DNA of 64,000 nt from an uncultured delta proteobacterium (GCA_963706575.1 CAVPNL010000008.1:192001-256000); one strand, 5' to 3'; counted from the stretch's first letter, positions 31,810-43,169 are shown. Notes: generated by a model from the letters alone, not told the origin. Numbers and translations: made by a program.

Positions 31810-33303
31810 TCAATCATTATTTTGATTTGATGTATCTTCCACCGACGATGCGTATTCCCAACCGCCGCCCAGAGATTTGTAGAGGCGCACTAAATTGGCT
31901 GTCGCGGCTCCTGTGCTCAGGCTCAATTCATTCTGTAGGACAATTAGGGAACGCTGTGCGTCCAGAACATTATTGAAATCTGCCAGTCCGGCCTGATATT
32001 TATCCCTGGCCAGCAGTTCCGCCCGCTGTGCGGCGGTGGCGGCCTTGTCCAGCGAATCTCGCCGGCGCTGCTCTTTGGCATAGGCGACTAACGCATTTTC
32101 CACTTCCTCCTGGGCCTTGAGGACGGTTTGCTGATATTGAATCAGGGCTTGTTCCTGGCGAGCGGTCTGCACCTCGATGTTTTGGCGGATAGCCCCCGCA
32201 TCAAATACATTCCAGGAGGCGCTCGGGCCGATGCGCCAAATCCGGCTGCCCCAATCCAGAAAATCACCGCTATCGACAGATTCAATGCCGATGGTGCCGG
32301 TCAGCCGAAATTTGGGATACAGGTCTGCTGTGGCCACGCCGACCCTTGCGGTCTGGGCCGCTAGAAACCGCTCAGCGAGACGAATATCCGGGCGACGCCT
32401 CAGGGTTTCCGCGGGAATCCCAATCGCAACGGTTACCGGAAGTACCGGTATTGCCTTTTCCGCGGCCAGCTCTTGTGCGAATTCGCCGGGCGGCCTGCCC
32501 AGCAGCACCGCCAGACGATTTTTGGCCGCTGACAGGCGCGTCTCTATGGCCGGGATCTGAGACCGGGAACTTTCCAGAATTCGAAGGGATTCCTGTACGG
32601 CAAGCTCGTCGATGATACCCGCCTGGTTTCGTGACCGGTTCAGTTTATACGTTTCTTCCTGGGTTTTGATGTTGGCGCGGGTGAGTGTCAGCTGGGCCTG
32701 GTAAGTGCGCACATCCACATAGTTTAAAGCCACTTCCGCCATCAGGCTGATCAGCACGCCGTCTAAATTTACCCGGCTGGCTTCAAGATCGGCCTGGGAC
32801 GCCTCGACGGATCGTCTCAGCCCACCGAAAATATCCAGTTCCCAGCCGGCGTCAAAGCCGGCTCTGTAAAGCTCGATCTCGGTTCCGCTACCGCCGGACT
32901 CGCTGGTGCGCATTTTTGAAGCCGCCGCAGTCGCGTCCACGGCGGGGAAAAGCCTGGCCTGGCTGATCCCCCTCAGCGCCCTGGCCTCCCGGATTCGGGA
33001 CTGTGCTGTCTGTAATTCCAGATTACCGCTGACCGCCCGTTCCTCCAACCTGGACAGTTCAGGGTCGTTAAAGATCGTCCACCAGCGGGCAAGCATGCCC
33101 GTATCCGGTTGGGTGGCGCTGAGCCCGCCGGCCATTTCGGCACTCCATCGTTCCGGCGCATCGGGTTCGATCGGCGTATAGTCCGGTCCCACAGCCGCAC
33201 AGCCGGTCAACATCAGTCCGACGGCGATCGCCGGCAAAAGAAACCTGATGGTGCGTTTCGCGCTCGTGACGGGTTTTTCGCTGTTTCGATTGGGATACTT
33301 CAT
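31810..33303 (-). CDS. RND efflux outer-membrane lipoprotein (OprM/NodT family)
   Basis: Lipobox LTGC, WELDIFG, RRPDIRLAE, LYKSLGGGW. Confidence 0.92.
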   Translation of the reverse strand: MKYPNRNSEKPVTSAKRTIRFLLPAIAVGLMLTGCAAVGPDYTPIEPDAPERWSAEMAGGLSATQPDTGMLARWWTIFNDPELSRLEERAVSGNLELQTAQSRIREARALRGISQARLFPAVDATAAASKMRTSESGGSGTEIELYRAGFDAGWELDIFGGLRRSVEASQADLEASRVNLDGVLISLMAEVALNYVDVRTYQAQLTLTRANIKTQEETYKLNRSRNQAGIIDELAVQESLRILESSRSQIPAIETRLSAAKNRLAVLLGRPPGEFAQELAAEKAIPVLPVTVAIGIPAETLRRRPDIRLAERFLAAQTARVGVATADLYPKFRLTGTIGIESVDSGDFLDWGSRIWRIGPSASWNVFDAGAIRQNIEVQTARQEQALIQYQQTVLKAQEEVENALVAYAKEQRRRDSLDKAATAAQRAELLARDKYQAGLADFNNVLDAQRSLIVLQNELSLSTGAATANLVRLYKSLGGGWEYASSVEDTSNQNND

Positions 33304-33315
33304 GGTTTTCTTGCC

Positions 33316-36300
33316 TTATACGATCGGTTTTTTTTGCTCGCCGGTCGGTTCGGTGAATTCCTTTTTTTTGTGCCGCTGCCGCCAGGCATGCCCCTTTTCC
33401 CTGGCGGATTGGAAGATATAATACAGCACCGGGATCAGAAAAATACCGAAAGCGGTTGAGGCCAGCATGCCGCAAAAGACTGTTGTGCCGATAGCCCGGC
33501 GGCTGCCGGCACCGGCTCCGGTGGCTATGATCATGGGGACGACTCCGAGAATAAATGTTAACGATGTCATCATGACCGGCCGGAAACGGATTCGTCCGCC
33601 ATCCACTGCGGCGTCAACAACCGACAGGCCGTCTCTTCGGCGTTCCTGGGCAAACTCCACTATCAAGATGGCATTTTTGGCGGCCAGCCCGACCAGCAGC
33701 ACCAGACCGATCTGGGCGTAGATGGAAAGCGGCATGTGCAGAACCCACAGCCCGGCCAGGGCCCCCATAGTCGCCACCGGGATGGAGATGATGATGGCAA
33801 GGGGCAGATTCCAGCTCTCGTACTGGCCGACCAGAAAAAGGTAGGAAAAGATCACTGCCAGGGCAAACAGCCAAACCACCTGGCCGCCTGCTTCGCGCTC
33901 CTGATAGGAAATGGATGACCAGTCATAACCGAAGCCGGGCGGCAGCACCTTGGAAGCCACCTGCTCCATGGCCGCCATGGCCTGGTTGGAAGAAAAGCCC
34001 GGCGCAGCATTGCCGTTGAATTTGGCGCTGGGATACTGGTTGTAACGGCTGACGAGCTGTGGACCCAGAACCTGCTCCATGGTCATCAGCGTATTGAGGG
34101 GAACCATTTTGCCATTACTGCTGCGCACGTAAAGGCGCTCAATATCAGCGGTCGAATCACGGAAAGGGGCTTCGGCCTGAACCTTGACCTGGTAGGTTCT
34201 GCCCTTCAGGTTGAAATCGTTCACATAGGCCGAACCCAGTTGGGCGCGCAGGGTGGAAAAGATTCTGCCGACCGGCACGCCCAGATATTCAGTCCGGGTG
34301 CGGTCTATATTCAGAAAAATCTGCGGGGTGTTGGCCGTGTAAGTGGTAAAAACGCGCCGCAGCGCCGGGTCCTGATTGGCCGCCATCATCAGAGACATGG
34401 CTACGCCGAACAGTTCCTGAGGGCGCTGCCCTTCCCGGGCCTGGAGCTGAAAGTCAAAGCCGCCGGTGCTTCCCAGCCCGCGGATCGGTGGTGGCGCGAA
34501 TGCAAAGATGTTAGCGGTTGAAACTGCAGCTAATTTTTCTTGCGCCCGCCCGACGATCGCATCCAGCTGCAGGTCGGGACGTTTGCGTTCATCCCAGGGT
34601 TTAAGAATGGTGATGGCAAACCCCACATTGTCGGCGCTGCCACTGAGCAGACTGAAGCCCGAAACGCCGATAACGTTTTCGACGCCGTCGATTTTTTTGA
34701 TATCCGCTGTTGCCCTTTGCATCACCGTGTTGGTACGAAAAAGAGAAGCGGCCTCCGGCAACTGGACGTTGATGAAGAAATACCCCTGGTCTTCCTCCGG
34801 GAGAAAGCTGTTCGGGCTTCGGGAAAAGAGCAACCAGGTACTGCCCATAATGGCTGATTAGAAGCAGCAGTGCCAAGATGAGTCGCCGGATAAGCAGGGC
34901 AGAGCCCGCAACATAGCCCCGCCGGGCCAGCTCGAGAATGCGGTTGAACCAGCCGAAAGGTCCGCGCAGATGGGGTCGGGTCGGCAGAAGCACCGTGGCG
35001 CACATCGCCGGACTCAGCGTCAAGGCACAGATCGCGGAGAGCAGAACCGAGGTGCACATGGTTACCGCGAACTGCCGATAGAGCTGGCCTGTGATGCCGG
35101 GGATGAACCCGACCGGGATAAAGACGGCGAAGAGGACCAGGGTGGTGGCGATAATCGGCCCGGTGACCTGGCTCATGGCCTTGATGGAACCCGCTTTGGC
35201 GTCGAGACCTTCTTCGTGCATTACCCGGTACACATTTTCAACCACCAGGATAGCATCGTCCACCACCAGGCCGATGGCCATGATCAGGGCAAACAGGGAA
35301 ATTGTATTGGCGGTGTAACCCAATGCCAGCAACACCGCAAAGGTGCCGATCAACGACACCGGTATGGTCACCGCCGGAATCAGGGTCGCACGCCAGTTCT
35401 GTAAAAAAAGAAAGACAACGGCGATCACCAGAAAAGACACAAGGCCCAGGGTAAGGACGATTTCATCGATGGCCGCCGAAACATATTTGGTGGTGTCGAG
35501 GATGACCCGGTATTCTATATCTTCGGGCATCCAGGCTTCAAGTCGTTTGAGCTCGGCCTTCACCGTCGCCATGGTCTCCAGGGCATTCGCTTCGGATGAC
35601 TGGTAGACGGCCATCGTCGCCGCAGGGACGCCGTTTAACGCCGACTGGCTGCCGTAGGTTCTTGCGGCCAGCTCAACCCGGGCAATATCCCGCACCCGCA
35701 CAATACCTCCCTGACTGTTGCTGCGGATAACGATATTCTCAAACTCTTCAACATCTGTCAGCCTGCCCTTGGCTCGAAGCGTAAATTGAACCTGCTGACC
35801 GAGGGCCACCGGCTCCTGCCCGACAGCCCCCACCGAGGCCTGGACGTTCTGGCTGCGAACGGCGCCGATCACATCATCTGCGGTTAATCCCAGTGCCGTC
35901 AGCCGTTCGGGGTCCATCCAGATACGGAGGCTGTATTCCTTCTCTCCGAAGACAAAAACATCGCTGACGCCTTCCAGCCGCACCAGGGCATCCTTGATGT
36001 TATTGCTGACATAGTTGCTCAGAAAGAGCATATCCTGGCTCTTGCCCGGCGAATAAAAACTGATCGCCGCCATAATGTCGGCAGACCTTCTGCGGACATT
36101 GATTCCTTGCTCCACCACTTCCTGTGGGAGTTTTGAAGTCGCCAGCTGCACCCGGTTTTGCAGGTTGACCTGGTCGATATCGGGGTCGGTCCCCACCGCG
36201 AAGGTGACGCTTAGACTATAGGTGCCGGAATTGGAACAGGTCGATGACATATAGAGCATATTCTCGACGCCATTGACTTCCTTTTCGATCGGTGCGCCCA

Positions 36301-36484
36301 CGGTGTTGGCCAGGACTTCGGCGCTGGCACCCGGATAGGTGGCAGTCACCCTGATCTCCGGTGGGGTGATCTGCGGATACTGGGCGACAGGGATGTTCAG
36401 CAAAGCAATCAGTCCGGCCAGTGTAATGAAAATGGACACGACCGCCGCCAGGCGGGGCCGGTTGATAAAAATCTTTGAAATCAT
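33316..36484 (-). CDS. RND efflux permease (HAE1/AcrB family), split by a frameshift near 34850
   Basis: N-part 34601-36484 (GLVVDDAILVVE) and C-part 33316-34848 (GLAAKNAILIVEF, RFRPVMMTS) are consecutive halves of one AcrB-type protein. Confidence 0.88.
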
Positions 36485-36487
36485 CTT

Positions 36488-37612
36488 TTATTTCTCCTGC
36501 GGCCGGCCGGGATTAATTTGTACCGGCTGGCCGGGCCGGACCTTCTGAATCCCCTCCACGATCACCAGTTCACCCTTGTTCAAACCGGATTCCACCGCCC
36601 ACATGGTGCCGACAGCTTGACCAAGCGAAATGGGGCGGACAGTGGCTATATTTTCTTTGTCAACAACCAGCGTGTAAGGGCCTTGCTGGTTTACCAGGAC
36701 TGCCGACTGGGGTAATACCGGGCGCAGTTTGGGCTGGGTCAATGTGACCAGCACGTTGACATACTGGCCTGGAATCAGTAAACCTTTCGAATTGTCAAAT
36801 TCAGCCCGTATCGCAATGGTGCCGGTGGCGGGATCCATCTCATTGTCTACAAAGTCGATCCGTCCTTGTGTTTCGAGAATAGTGCCGTTGGCTAACCGGA
36901 CTCGCGGAACCAGAGCGGGGCTTCGCCGGCCTTCAACCGCATCGTTCAGAGCCATCTGGATGGCTGCAAAATTATTATCGCTGATGGAGTAGACCACGCG
37001 GATAGGGTCCATCTGAACAATCCGGGCCAGGGGCTTGGATGCCGGGCCGACCAAATTTCCTTGAGTATAGGTGTTGCGCCCAATACGTCCGCTGATAGGC
37101 GCCTTGATGCTGGTGTATCCAAGGTCGAGCAGTGAGCGGTTCAAGTTTGCCTGAGCTATCGCTATTTGGGCCTCGGCGCGGAGTTGAGCGGCAACGGCAT
37201 CGTCAATGTCCGTGGCTGGAATGCTCGCCGACAGGACCGACCGAAGCCGCTTCAAATGCTGATTGGCACGGGTCAGTTCCGCCTCTGCCTGGACCACCTG
37301 CGCTTTATCGATAGCCACTTTGGCCAGATAAGGCGCCTGCTCGATAACGTAAAGCAACTTACCGGCAGGCATATTTTCGCCTTCATTGAAATTGATCTGC
37401 TCCAGAAATCCCTCGACCCGGGCCCTTAAGTCCACGGCCTGAATCGCCTCAACATGACCGATGTATTCAGTCGGAGGATTGATATTCTCAATTGAAACCG
37501 GCGCTACCGTCACCAGAGGGAGCAATTCACGTCCAGAACCTGGTGGAGCTGCGACCGCAACGGACGGAATTATAGGTAAAAGTAAAAGAATCAGAATAGG
37601 TAGAGATCGCAT
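36488..37612 (-). CDS. RND efflux periplasmic adaptor (MFP)
   Basis: Signal peptide, RARVEGFL, IKAPISGRIG, GLLIPGQYV. Confidence 0.92.
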   Translation of the reverse strand: MRSLPILILLLLPIIPSVAVAAPPGSGRELLPLVTVAPVSIENINPPTEYIGHVEAIQAVDLRARVEGFLEQINFNEGENMPAGKLLYVIEQAPYLAKVAIDKAQVVQAEAELTRANQHLKRLRSVLSASIPATDIDDAVAAQLRAEAQIAIAQANLNRSLLDLGYTSIKAPISGRIGRNTYTQGNLVGPASKPLARIVQMDPIRVVYSISDNNFAAIQMALNDAVEGRRSPALVPRVRLANGTILETQGRIDFVDNEMDPATGTIAIRAEFDNSKGLLIPGQYVNVLVTLTQPKLRPVLPQSAVLVNQQGPYTLVVDKENIATVRPISLGQAVGTMWAVESGLNKGELVIVEGIQKVRPGQPVQINPGRPQEK

Positions 37613-38172
37613 TAGATTTGCTCCTCCTGTTCGGCTTGTATGATTTTCTCATCTTCAAAACCCGGTACAATGGGAATTTGGCAAGTTTCAGCACATCTTT
37701 TAAATATTTGTAAAAGTAGGTAAAATAGCACATGAAAATGATTATTTCAATTTATTACATTGCCCGTGCCAATAGGTCAGGTCCTTTTTTAACGGCGGCA
37801 TTTTTGCAAAAAAATCCGGGAGAATGCAACGGCCATTCGTAAAGACGGCAAAAAAATCCGTGTGAGGCCGCTGAAGGCCGCATGTGCAGTTTTTGCTCAA
37901 AAAGGGTACTGAGACACAGCTTAGCTATCGTTCTTTGGAAATACCGAACTCCTGAGGAAATAAAACGTACCGCTGTGCACAGATCGAATAAAGTCTTTGA
38001 ACGATATTATTAAATTGAAAGCTAAGACATGCGAAGTATTTATGAGGAAACGCGAGGGGAGGGCAAAAGCATAAAAACGGTCAGGTCAATTAAATTCTCG
38101 AAGTGACAAAGCTGATAAAGATTTTAGGGGGTGTGGAATATCCATAACCCACTACAATCTTTATATATTTTA

Positions 38173-38229
38173 TGGTGCCGAAGGCCGGAATTGTAAAATT
38201 ATTTATAAAATCAAATAGTTAATAAAATA
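38173..38229 (-). repeat. att copy 2 (core plus truncated arm)
   Basis: tggtgccgaaggccggaattgtaaaatt...aatcaaatagttaataaaat; similarity stops ~20 bp before the stop codon of the next gene. Confidence 0.85.
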
Positions 38230-38251
38230 CCGTGCCCTGAACTCACAACCA

Positions 38252-39322
38252 TCAGTGCATAAAAAGCTCCGGCCTTCGCTCCTTCAAACTCAACATAAAC
38301 TGCTGGCCGTATTGACGGGCGTAGTTAAAATAATGCTCAATCCGATCTTGCGTGGAATCCAAGGGGATTTCACATCCGGATGATAGGATGTATCCGCTGC
38401 CCTCAGCCGCCTTATTAGTGCAATCACGGATGGCGTGCTCCATTTCCTCCCGGGTTCCGGAGCTGAACAGGGACGTTGGCACATTGCCCATCACGATTAA
38501 TTGGGCGGCCGACAGATCAATTAGTTTTTCCAGAGAAGAGGGGGCATCCAGGCTGAGCAAGCTGATTCCGGTTTCGACAATATCGGCCACTATGGGATCA
38601 ATATATCCGCATACATGCAGCGCCATAAGGGCTTTGCGGGAATTGAAATACTGGCAAAGCTCTTGATGATACGGCTTTATGAAATTCCGGTAAATCTCAG
38701 GTGAGATAAGGCTGCAGGAAGCAGCGGCCTCCCCTAGAGATGGTGAAAAGCCGGCTTCGATCAGGGTATCCCCCACCGTTCGAACCACCTCCGTGCTGAA
38801 TTTCATGAGTTCATGGACGAAGGCCGGGTCGTCGTAGGTGTCCATCAGAAGCGACTCGGTCCCCCTGAGGTGCACCGCGATATTCCAGGGGCCGGAATGT
38901 CCCAATCCCATGGTGGCCGTCTTTTTTATCTCCGAGGACACCCTTTGGCATAACTCGATGAAATAGGGTATGCGCCCGTCCCGGGCAGGATTCGGCACCT
39001 TCAGTTTGGCCAGGCGGGATTTTTCCTTCAGCAGAACTGATTTGGGATGCGAAGGACGATCATCAAAAAACTCCAGTTCACATCCGATAGCTTCTGCTTC
39101 CAGGTAGATATCGTTGTAAACGATAAGGCTGTCGGGTTCGAATCGATTGTAAAATGCCAGGTGTGCTTCAGCGCTTTTTTGTGGATCGGTCAGGATTTGC
39201 TTAACGCTATAACCGGTCATTTTACAACAGTAGGGGCCAATTAGTACCGTCGTGGGAATCCGGTCGGCATATTTCCGCTTTAAAGCAGAAAGCACATAAT
39301 ACTTCCCGCTGGTTCTTTCCAT
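38252..39322 (-). CDS. Uroporphyrinogen decarboxylase / MtaA-CmuA methyltransferase family protein
   Basis: EAEAIG, GPWNIA..LRG.E.LL.D, LHVCG, GNVP, YILSSGCEIP. Confidence 0.85.
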   Translation of the reverse strand: MERTSGKYYVLSALKRKYADRIPTTVLIGPYCCKMTGYSVKQILTDPQKSAEAHLAFYNRFEPDSLIVYNDIYLEAEAIGCELEFFDDRPSHPKSVLLKEKSRLAKLKVPNPARDGRIPYFIELCQRVSSEIKKTATMGLGHSGPWNIAVHLRGTESLLMDTYDDPAFVHELMKFSTEVVRTVGDTLIEAGFSPSLGEAAASCSLISPEIYRNFIKPYHQELCQYFNSRKALMALHVCGYIDPIVADIVETGISLLSLDAPSSLEKLIDLSAAQLIVMGNVPTSLFSSGTREEMEHAIRDCTNKAAEGSGYILSSGCEIPLDSTQDRIEHYFNYARQYGQQFMLSLKERRPELFMH

Positions 39323-39448
39323 AACACACCTCCTTTGTTGTTTTAAGGAATAGGGGATCGGGGCATGAATCGTAAATTATGGTGCGACCCGAAGATTACC
39401 GGATTCCAATATAATGTCTTATTGCAGTATAATTCATTTAACAAAAAA

Positions 39449-39473
39449 GGCACTTAGAATCAATCTAAGTGCC
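39449..39473 (-). terminator. Intrinsic terminator following att copy 3
   Basis: ggcacttaga-atcaa-tctaagtgcc preceded by an A6 run (U-tract on minus strand). Confidence 0.7.
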
Positions 39474-39483
39474 CATCAAAATT

Positions 39484-39525
39484 TGGTACCGAAGCCGGGT
39501 TTGCAAAATAAATTATGAAATCAAA
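39484..39525 (-). repeat. att copy 3 (degenerate core, truncated arm)
   Basis: tggtaccgaagccgggt (13/17 identical to the core) then ttgcaaaataaattatgaaatcaaa. Confidence 0.7.
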
Positions 39526-39531
39526 ATTTGC

Positions 39532-39969
39532 TTAGTCGAAAAATTTCAGCGTGTACATGCTTGAATGCCATTCCGGATGTCGCGCTTGATATTCAGCCGG
39601 GCACTTTCCGCTGCCATCGGTTACGTGGATAAGAATATTATCTCCATGTACGGAAAGGGTCCATGGATTTTTGATATGTTCTGTATGCGCTAAAGCCTCC
39701 GGCTTAATGTTAATGTCGTTGTGCGCGGGATTGGAAAAATAATTGGAGACAGCCGCTTTGATGTTCAATGCTTCGGATTCCACACGCCGACAATAGCTTT
39801 CCGGTCGATAGACAGGAATGCTCGGTATAACAATTCCCATAATTATTATTACAACAAAAAACAGCAGCAATATAACAACTAATCTTTTTATGTTTGTTTT
39901 TGGTTTTTCCTTAGTCTGCTCATCCATCACCATGGCCTCTTTGGGGCTTCCTGTTATGCTAGATAACAT
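39532..39969 (-). CDS. Type IV pilin-like protein lacking a canonical prepilin cleavage motif
   Basis: Hydrophobic helix ending IVIP, then YR...ESEALNIKAAVSNYF as in pilin alpha1; real start may be the internal Met. Confidence 0.55.
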   Translation of the reverse strand: MLSSITGSPKEAMVMDEQTKEKPKTNIKRLVVILLLFFVVIIIMGIVIPSIPVYRPESYCRRVESEALNIKAAVSNYFSNPAHNDINIKPEALAHTEHIKNPWTLSVHGDNILIHVTDGSGKCPAEYQARHPEWHSSMYTLKFFD

Positions 39970-40282
39970 TCAACCCCTAAATTGCTTCACAAGCTATATC
40001 GGATTGATTGTCAAATTCCTTTAGAGGAATCAAACTGCCAGAAAGGGAAAGGGGGCGGGTCACGCTATGTTTTTTTGTAAAGTATAAACAGGGTCCATTT
40101 TTATCCTTAAACAGCTATTTTAAGAGTAAAAAATGACCATATAAGAAACAGACAAGCCGCAATCCATTCAGATTGCGGCTTGTTGGTTACAAAATTTTCT
40201 TCGGTCATTCACCAATCATCCATAAGAAAAGGGGCATTAGATGCCCCTTTGGTTATACTGGTAATACCTGCGATAGATCATC

Positions 40283-40567
40283 TTACTCGGCGGTCAGTGA
40301 TGTGATGACTCCCTTGCTATCGCATTCCACGTTGATGGAATCACCTTGTTTCAAATTCTTAAGGCTTTCCATATTTATTTCTGGACCTGCCTTAAGCTTT
40401 TTGACATCACCGGTATCATCCTTTATTGTTAACTCACCAGTAGCGGGATTGAAGAAATCAACTGTTCCGCTTATTTTTTGCATCTCATCGGCGAATACTG
40501 CCGCAACCGCGATAAAAGAGAATACAAAAAATACCATGACTACCATTGATATAGATTTTTTAAACAT
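40283..40567 (-). CDS. Small secreted protein (OB-fold-like)
   Basis: AAGGAG RBS before ATG at 40567; signal peptide ending AVFA; beta-rich mature region; hairpin aaaaggggca/tgcccctttt downstream. Confidence 0.7.
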   Translation of the reverse strand: MFKKSISMVVMVFFVFSFIAVAAVFADEMQKISGTVDFFNPATGELTIKDDTGDVKKLKAGPEINMESLKNLKQGDSINVECDSKGVITSLTAE

Positions 40568-40719
40568 TTTTAACTCCTTAGGGTTTTTAATGAATTCTGT
40601 TTGTTTTAATTCGCTTATCCGTGACAATCTACTATGGATCAATTCTTCGTTTCTCCTTAATTCACACCTCCTTTTTTCGTAGTTGGGCTTTCAATTCCTA
40701 GCCTACGTTTTATTCTCTG

Positions 40720-40735
40720 TGCAATCGGCATACCA
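40720..40735 (-). promoter_or_regulatory. Sigma-54 (-24/-12) promoter
   Basis: Minus strand TGGTATGCCGATTGCA fits GG-N10-GC; TGTGTA-N10-TACACA palindrome at 40808-40829 upstream. Confidence 0.6.
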
Positions 40736-41180
40736 AAATCATCAGTTTCAATATCCAACTGATATTTAAAGATTTATTTTTGCTGGTACAGTTTTAAGCA
40801 TTTTATCTGTGTATGATTTACCTTACACAAGTAAAAAGGAAAGAGAATGAATTAAAGTTGTAACTAACCGAGTATTCTTTGTTTAATAAACATTTAAGGA
40901 TCTTTTTTACGGGGATACAAAATCATACTCACATCAAGCACTGCGGAGGATATTTTAAGGATAGGCGTTTTGTAGTTTCAAGATTTAGGAGGAAAAGCCT
41001 TAGCCAGCTTAAGCCGGAAAACGACAATTCATTTTCAAGGTATCTGGCATCAGTCGCGCGTTAAAGGGGTTGGACTTAAAACTGAAGGTTAGCTGGTGTG
41101 TGAAAGCGTTTACCGACTATCGCACATAATGCAAATGCGACTTCAGCAAGACACTGAAATCATTCTTGATATTATTTAGA

Positions 41181-41310
41181 TGGTGCCGAAGGCCGGAATT
41201 CAAAATTATAAATAATATCAAATAGTTAATAAAATAAATGATAGTTTAAGCGATATTAAGCCGGTTTTTGTACAGTCCTGGCTGCATATTGGCATATCAA
41301 TTGCGTATGA
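41181..41310 (-). repeat. att copy 4: tRNA-Leu 3' end plus conserved arm
   Basis: tggtgccgaaggccgga; tatcaaatagtta at 41216-41228; ttttgtacagtcctggctgcatattggcatatcaattgc. Confidence 0.9.
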
Positions 41311-41576
41311 ATCCAATATCCCTTAAAACGCCCATTTTACCTCTAAAACGCCCATTTTACCTCCCCAATGCTAGTTCTAAGCCAAAAAACTTTTTAATTG
41401 GAAATTTTTATGAATTATCAGATAGTTACTGCGGTCCAACCCCTTATTTATCTCAAAATAGCATTCATTAATTTGAAAATATCGGCGATACTTGGTATAT
41501 ATTATTAGGTAGCGCGTTTTCGATCTTGCGATGGAATTGAGCCTTGCGCACCAATACGATCCAGTTTTGCTGAGAG

Positions 41577-42938
41577 ATGGTTTTCAATTTTTCTTTATCA
41601 AACAAGATAGTTTATATACCCCCGTGCCGACCTAGTGAGCTGTCACCCTTGTCCAACAGGCTTCATCTCATAATTCTATTGATATTCATTTTATCTTTCC
41701 ATGGCTGTGCTGATATGAGAGAAGTTGTTAAATCTCTGCCGCTTCATATCCACCCAGAGGAAAAGATCGAACGAAATGATTTTTTTGTTGCCAAAGAAGA
41801 TGACGTCATTGGCCGGTTGGCGGCCATCAGACTTCAAAAGGGGGATACGCTGCCGGATATTGCGAGACACTTCAGTCTGGGAATCAATACAGTCAGTGCA
41901 GCTAATCCGGGGGTAGATATATGGGTGCCTGAGGCCGGAAGGCGCATCCTGTTGCCGCTGAGTTTTATCCTGCCAGACACCCGCAGAAAAGGTATCGTGA
42001 TCAACTTAGCCGCCATGAGGCTCTTTTATTTTAGAAAAGATGGTAAACTATTGGTCGTGTCGACCTACCCGGTCGGTATCGGTACCACAGAGCAGCCCAC
42101 CCCCATGGGCCGAATGTATATAACGCGCAAGAAGTTGCGGCCGACCTGGTATGTGCCCGCCGTGATTGCTGAAGATCATCGGAAAAAGGGAGATCCTCTA
42201 CCGGCGAATGTACCACCGGGGCCTCTAAATCCTCTGGGAGAATACGCTCTCTATTTAAGCAAATCAGGCTATTTGGTCCATGGTACGAATAAACCGGCCA
42301 GTATCGGTCTCAGGGCAACCTATGGCTGCATAAGACTCTATCCGGAAGATATAAAGAGACTTTTCAAAAACACCCCGGTAAAAACACCTGTTCGCATTGT
42401 TAATCAGCCATATCTAGTCGGCCAGCGTGATGGAATAATTTACATAGAAGCGCATCGGCCCGTTGAACAATCAGGCACCGCTGAGTTGAAGAAGGCATAT
42501 GCAAAATTGAGAAATATTGAAAAGAAGTCAGGGCACGCGCTTGACTGGAAAAAGGTTGGGAAAGTAGTGGGGGAGGCCCGCGGGTTCCCAGTTCCCATAT
42601 TCGAGATCAATCAAGGAAGTGAAAAGGTTGTTGCGGAAACCATAAAGCTCTGGCATCCGCGCAAGTTGTATGGCAAACCGGAAATACCGGAACTCAAAAC
42701 GGACGCGTGGTATGTTCTGGCTGCTACTTTGCGTGACAAGGTTGACGCTCTGAGGCTTGCGGCAATTATTAATCATCAGGGTCCACAAATTCCCGCAAGG
42801 GTGTTGTCAACGAGCGATCGCTACCGTGTTCTCGCCGGTCCTTTCAATAATATGAGCGAGGCCAAAGATGCGGCAAAACGTTTGAAAATTGATTTGGAAA
42901 TAGACGGTATACTGGTTGAACCGATAAAGGAGAGTTAG
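41577..42938 (+). CDS. L,D-transpeptidase (LysM + YkuD + SPOR)
   Basis: GDTLPDIARHF LysM, YLVHGTN...ATYGCIRL catalytic His/Cys, C-terminal YRVLAGPF SPOR domain. Confidence 0.9.
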   Translation: MVFNFSLSNKIVYIPPCRPSELSPLSNRLHLIILLIFILSFHGCADMREVVKSLPLHIHPEEKIERNDFFVAKEDDVIGRLAAIRLQKGDTLPDIARHFSLGINTVSAANPGVDIWVPEAGRRILLPLSFILPDTRRKGIVINLAAMRLFYFRKDGKLLVVSTYPVGIGTTEQPTPMGRMYITRKKLRPTWYVPAVIAEDHRKKGDPLPANVPPGPLNPLGEYALYLSKSGYLVHGTNKPASIGLRATYGCIRLYPEDIKRLFKNTPVKTPVRIVNQPYLVGQRDGIIYIEAHRPVEQSGTAELKKAYAKLRNIEKKSGHALDWKKVGKVVGEARGFPVPIFEINQGSEKVVAETIKLWHPRKLYGKPEIPELKTDAWYVLAATLRDKVDALRLAAIINHQGPQIPARVLSTSDRYRVLAGPFNNMSEAKDAAKRLKIDLEIDGILVEPIKES

Positions 42939-43169
42939 CGAATTGCGCCCTTTTTTTCACGTTCAAGCCGTTGAAGTTATTTAAATATCTCTATCCAGAG
43001 CCTGAGCCGACCCTGCATTGAGAATTCAGGCAATGGTTGTACTTTAACTCCAAAAGAGGTACATTTTTTGCAGTAAGTAAATAACCAACGTGGATATTTT
43101 TGTGAAGTAACACGGAATTTTTCAGTCGTTGTTATGGAAAGGTAAACTGAACAGAAAGGAGGTGACGAC

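Noticed and set aside
37755..37772. Sigma-54 promoter for the RND operon
   Set aside because: TTGGCACG matches -24 but the -12 position reads GT instead of GC.
40879..41064. Possible integrase remnant beside att copy 4
   Set aside because: No convincing R-H-R-H-Y tyrosine recombinase motif in the frames inspected.
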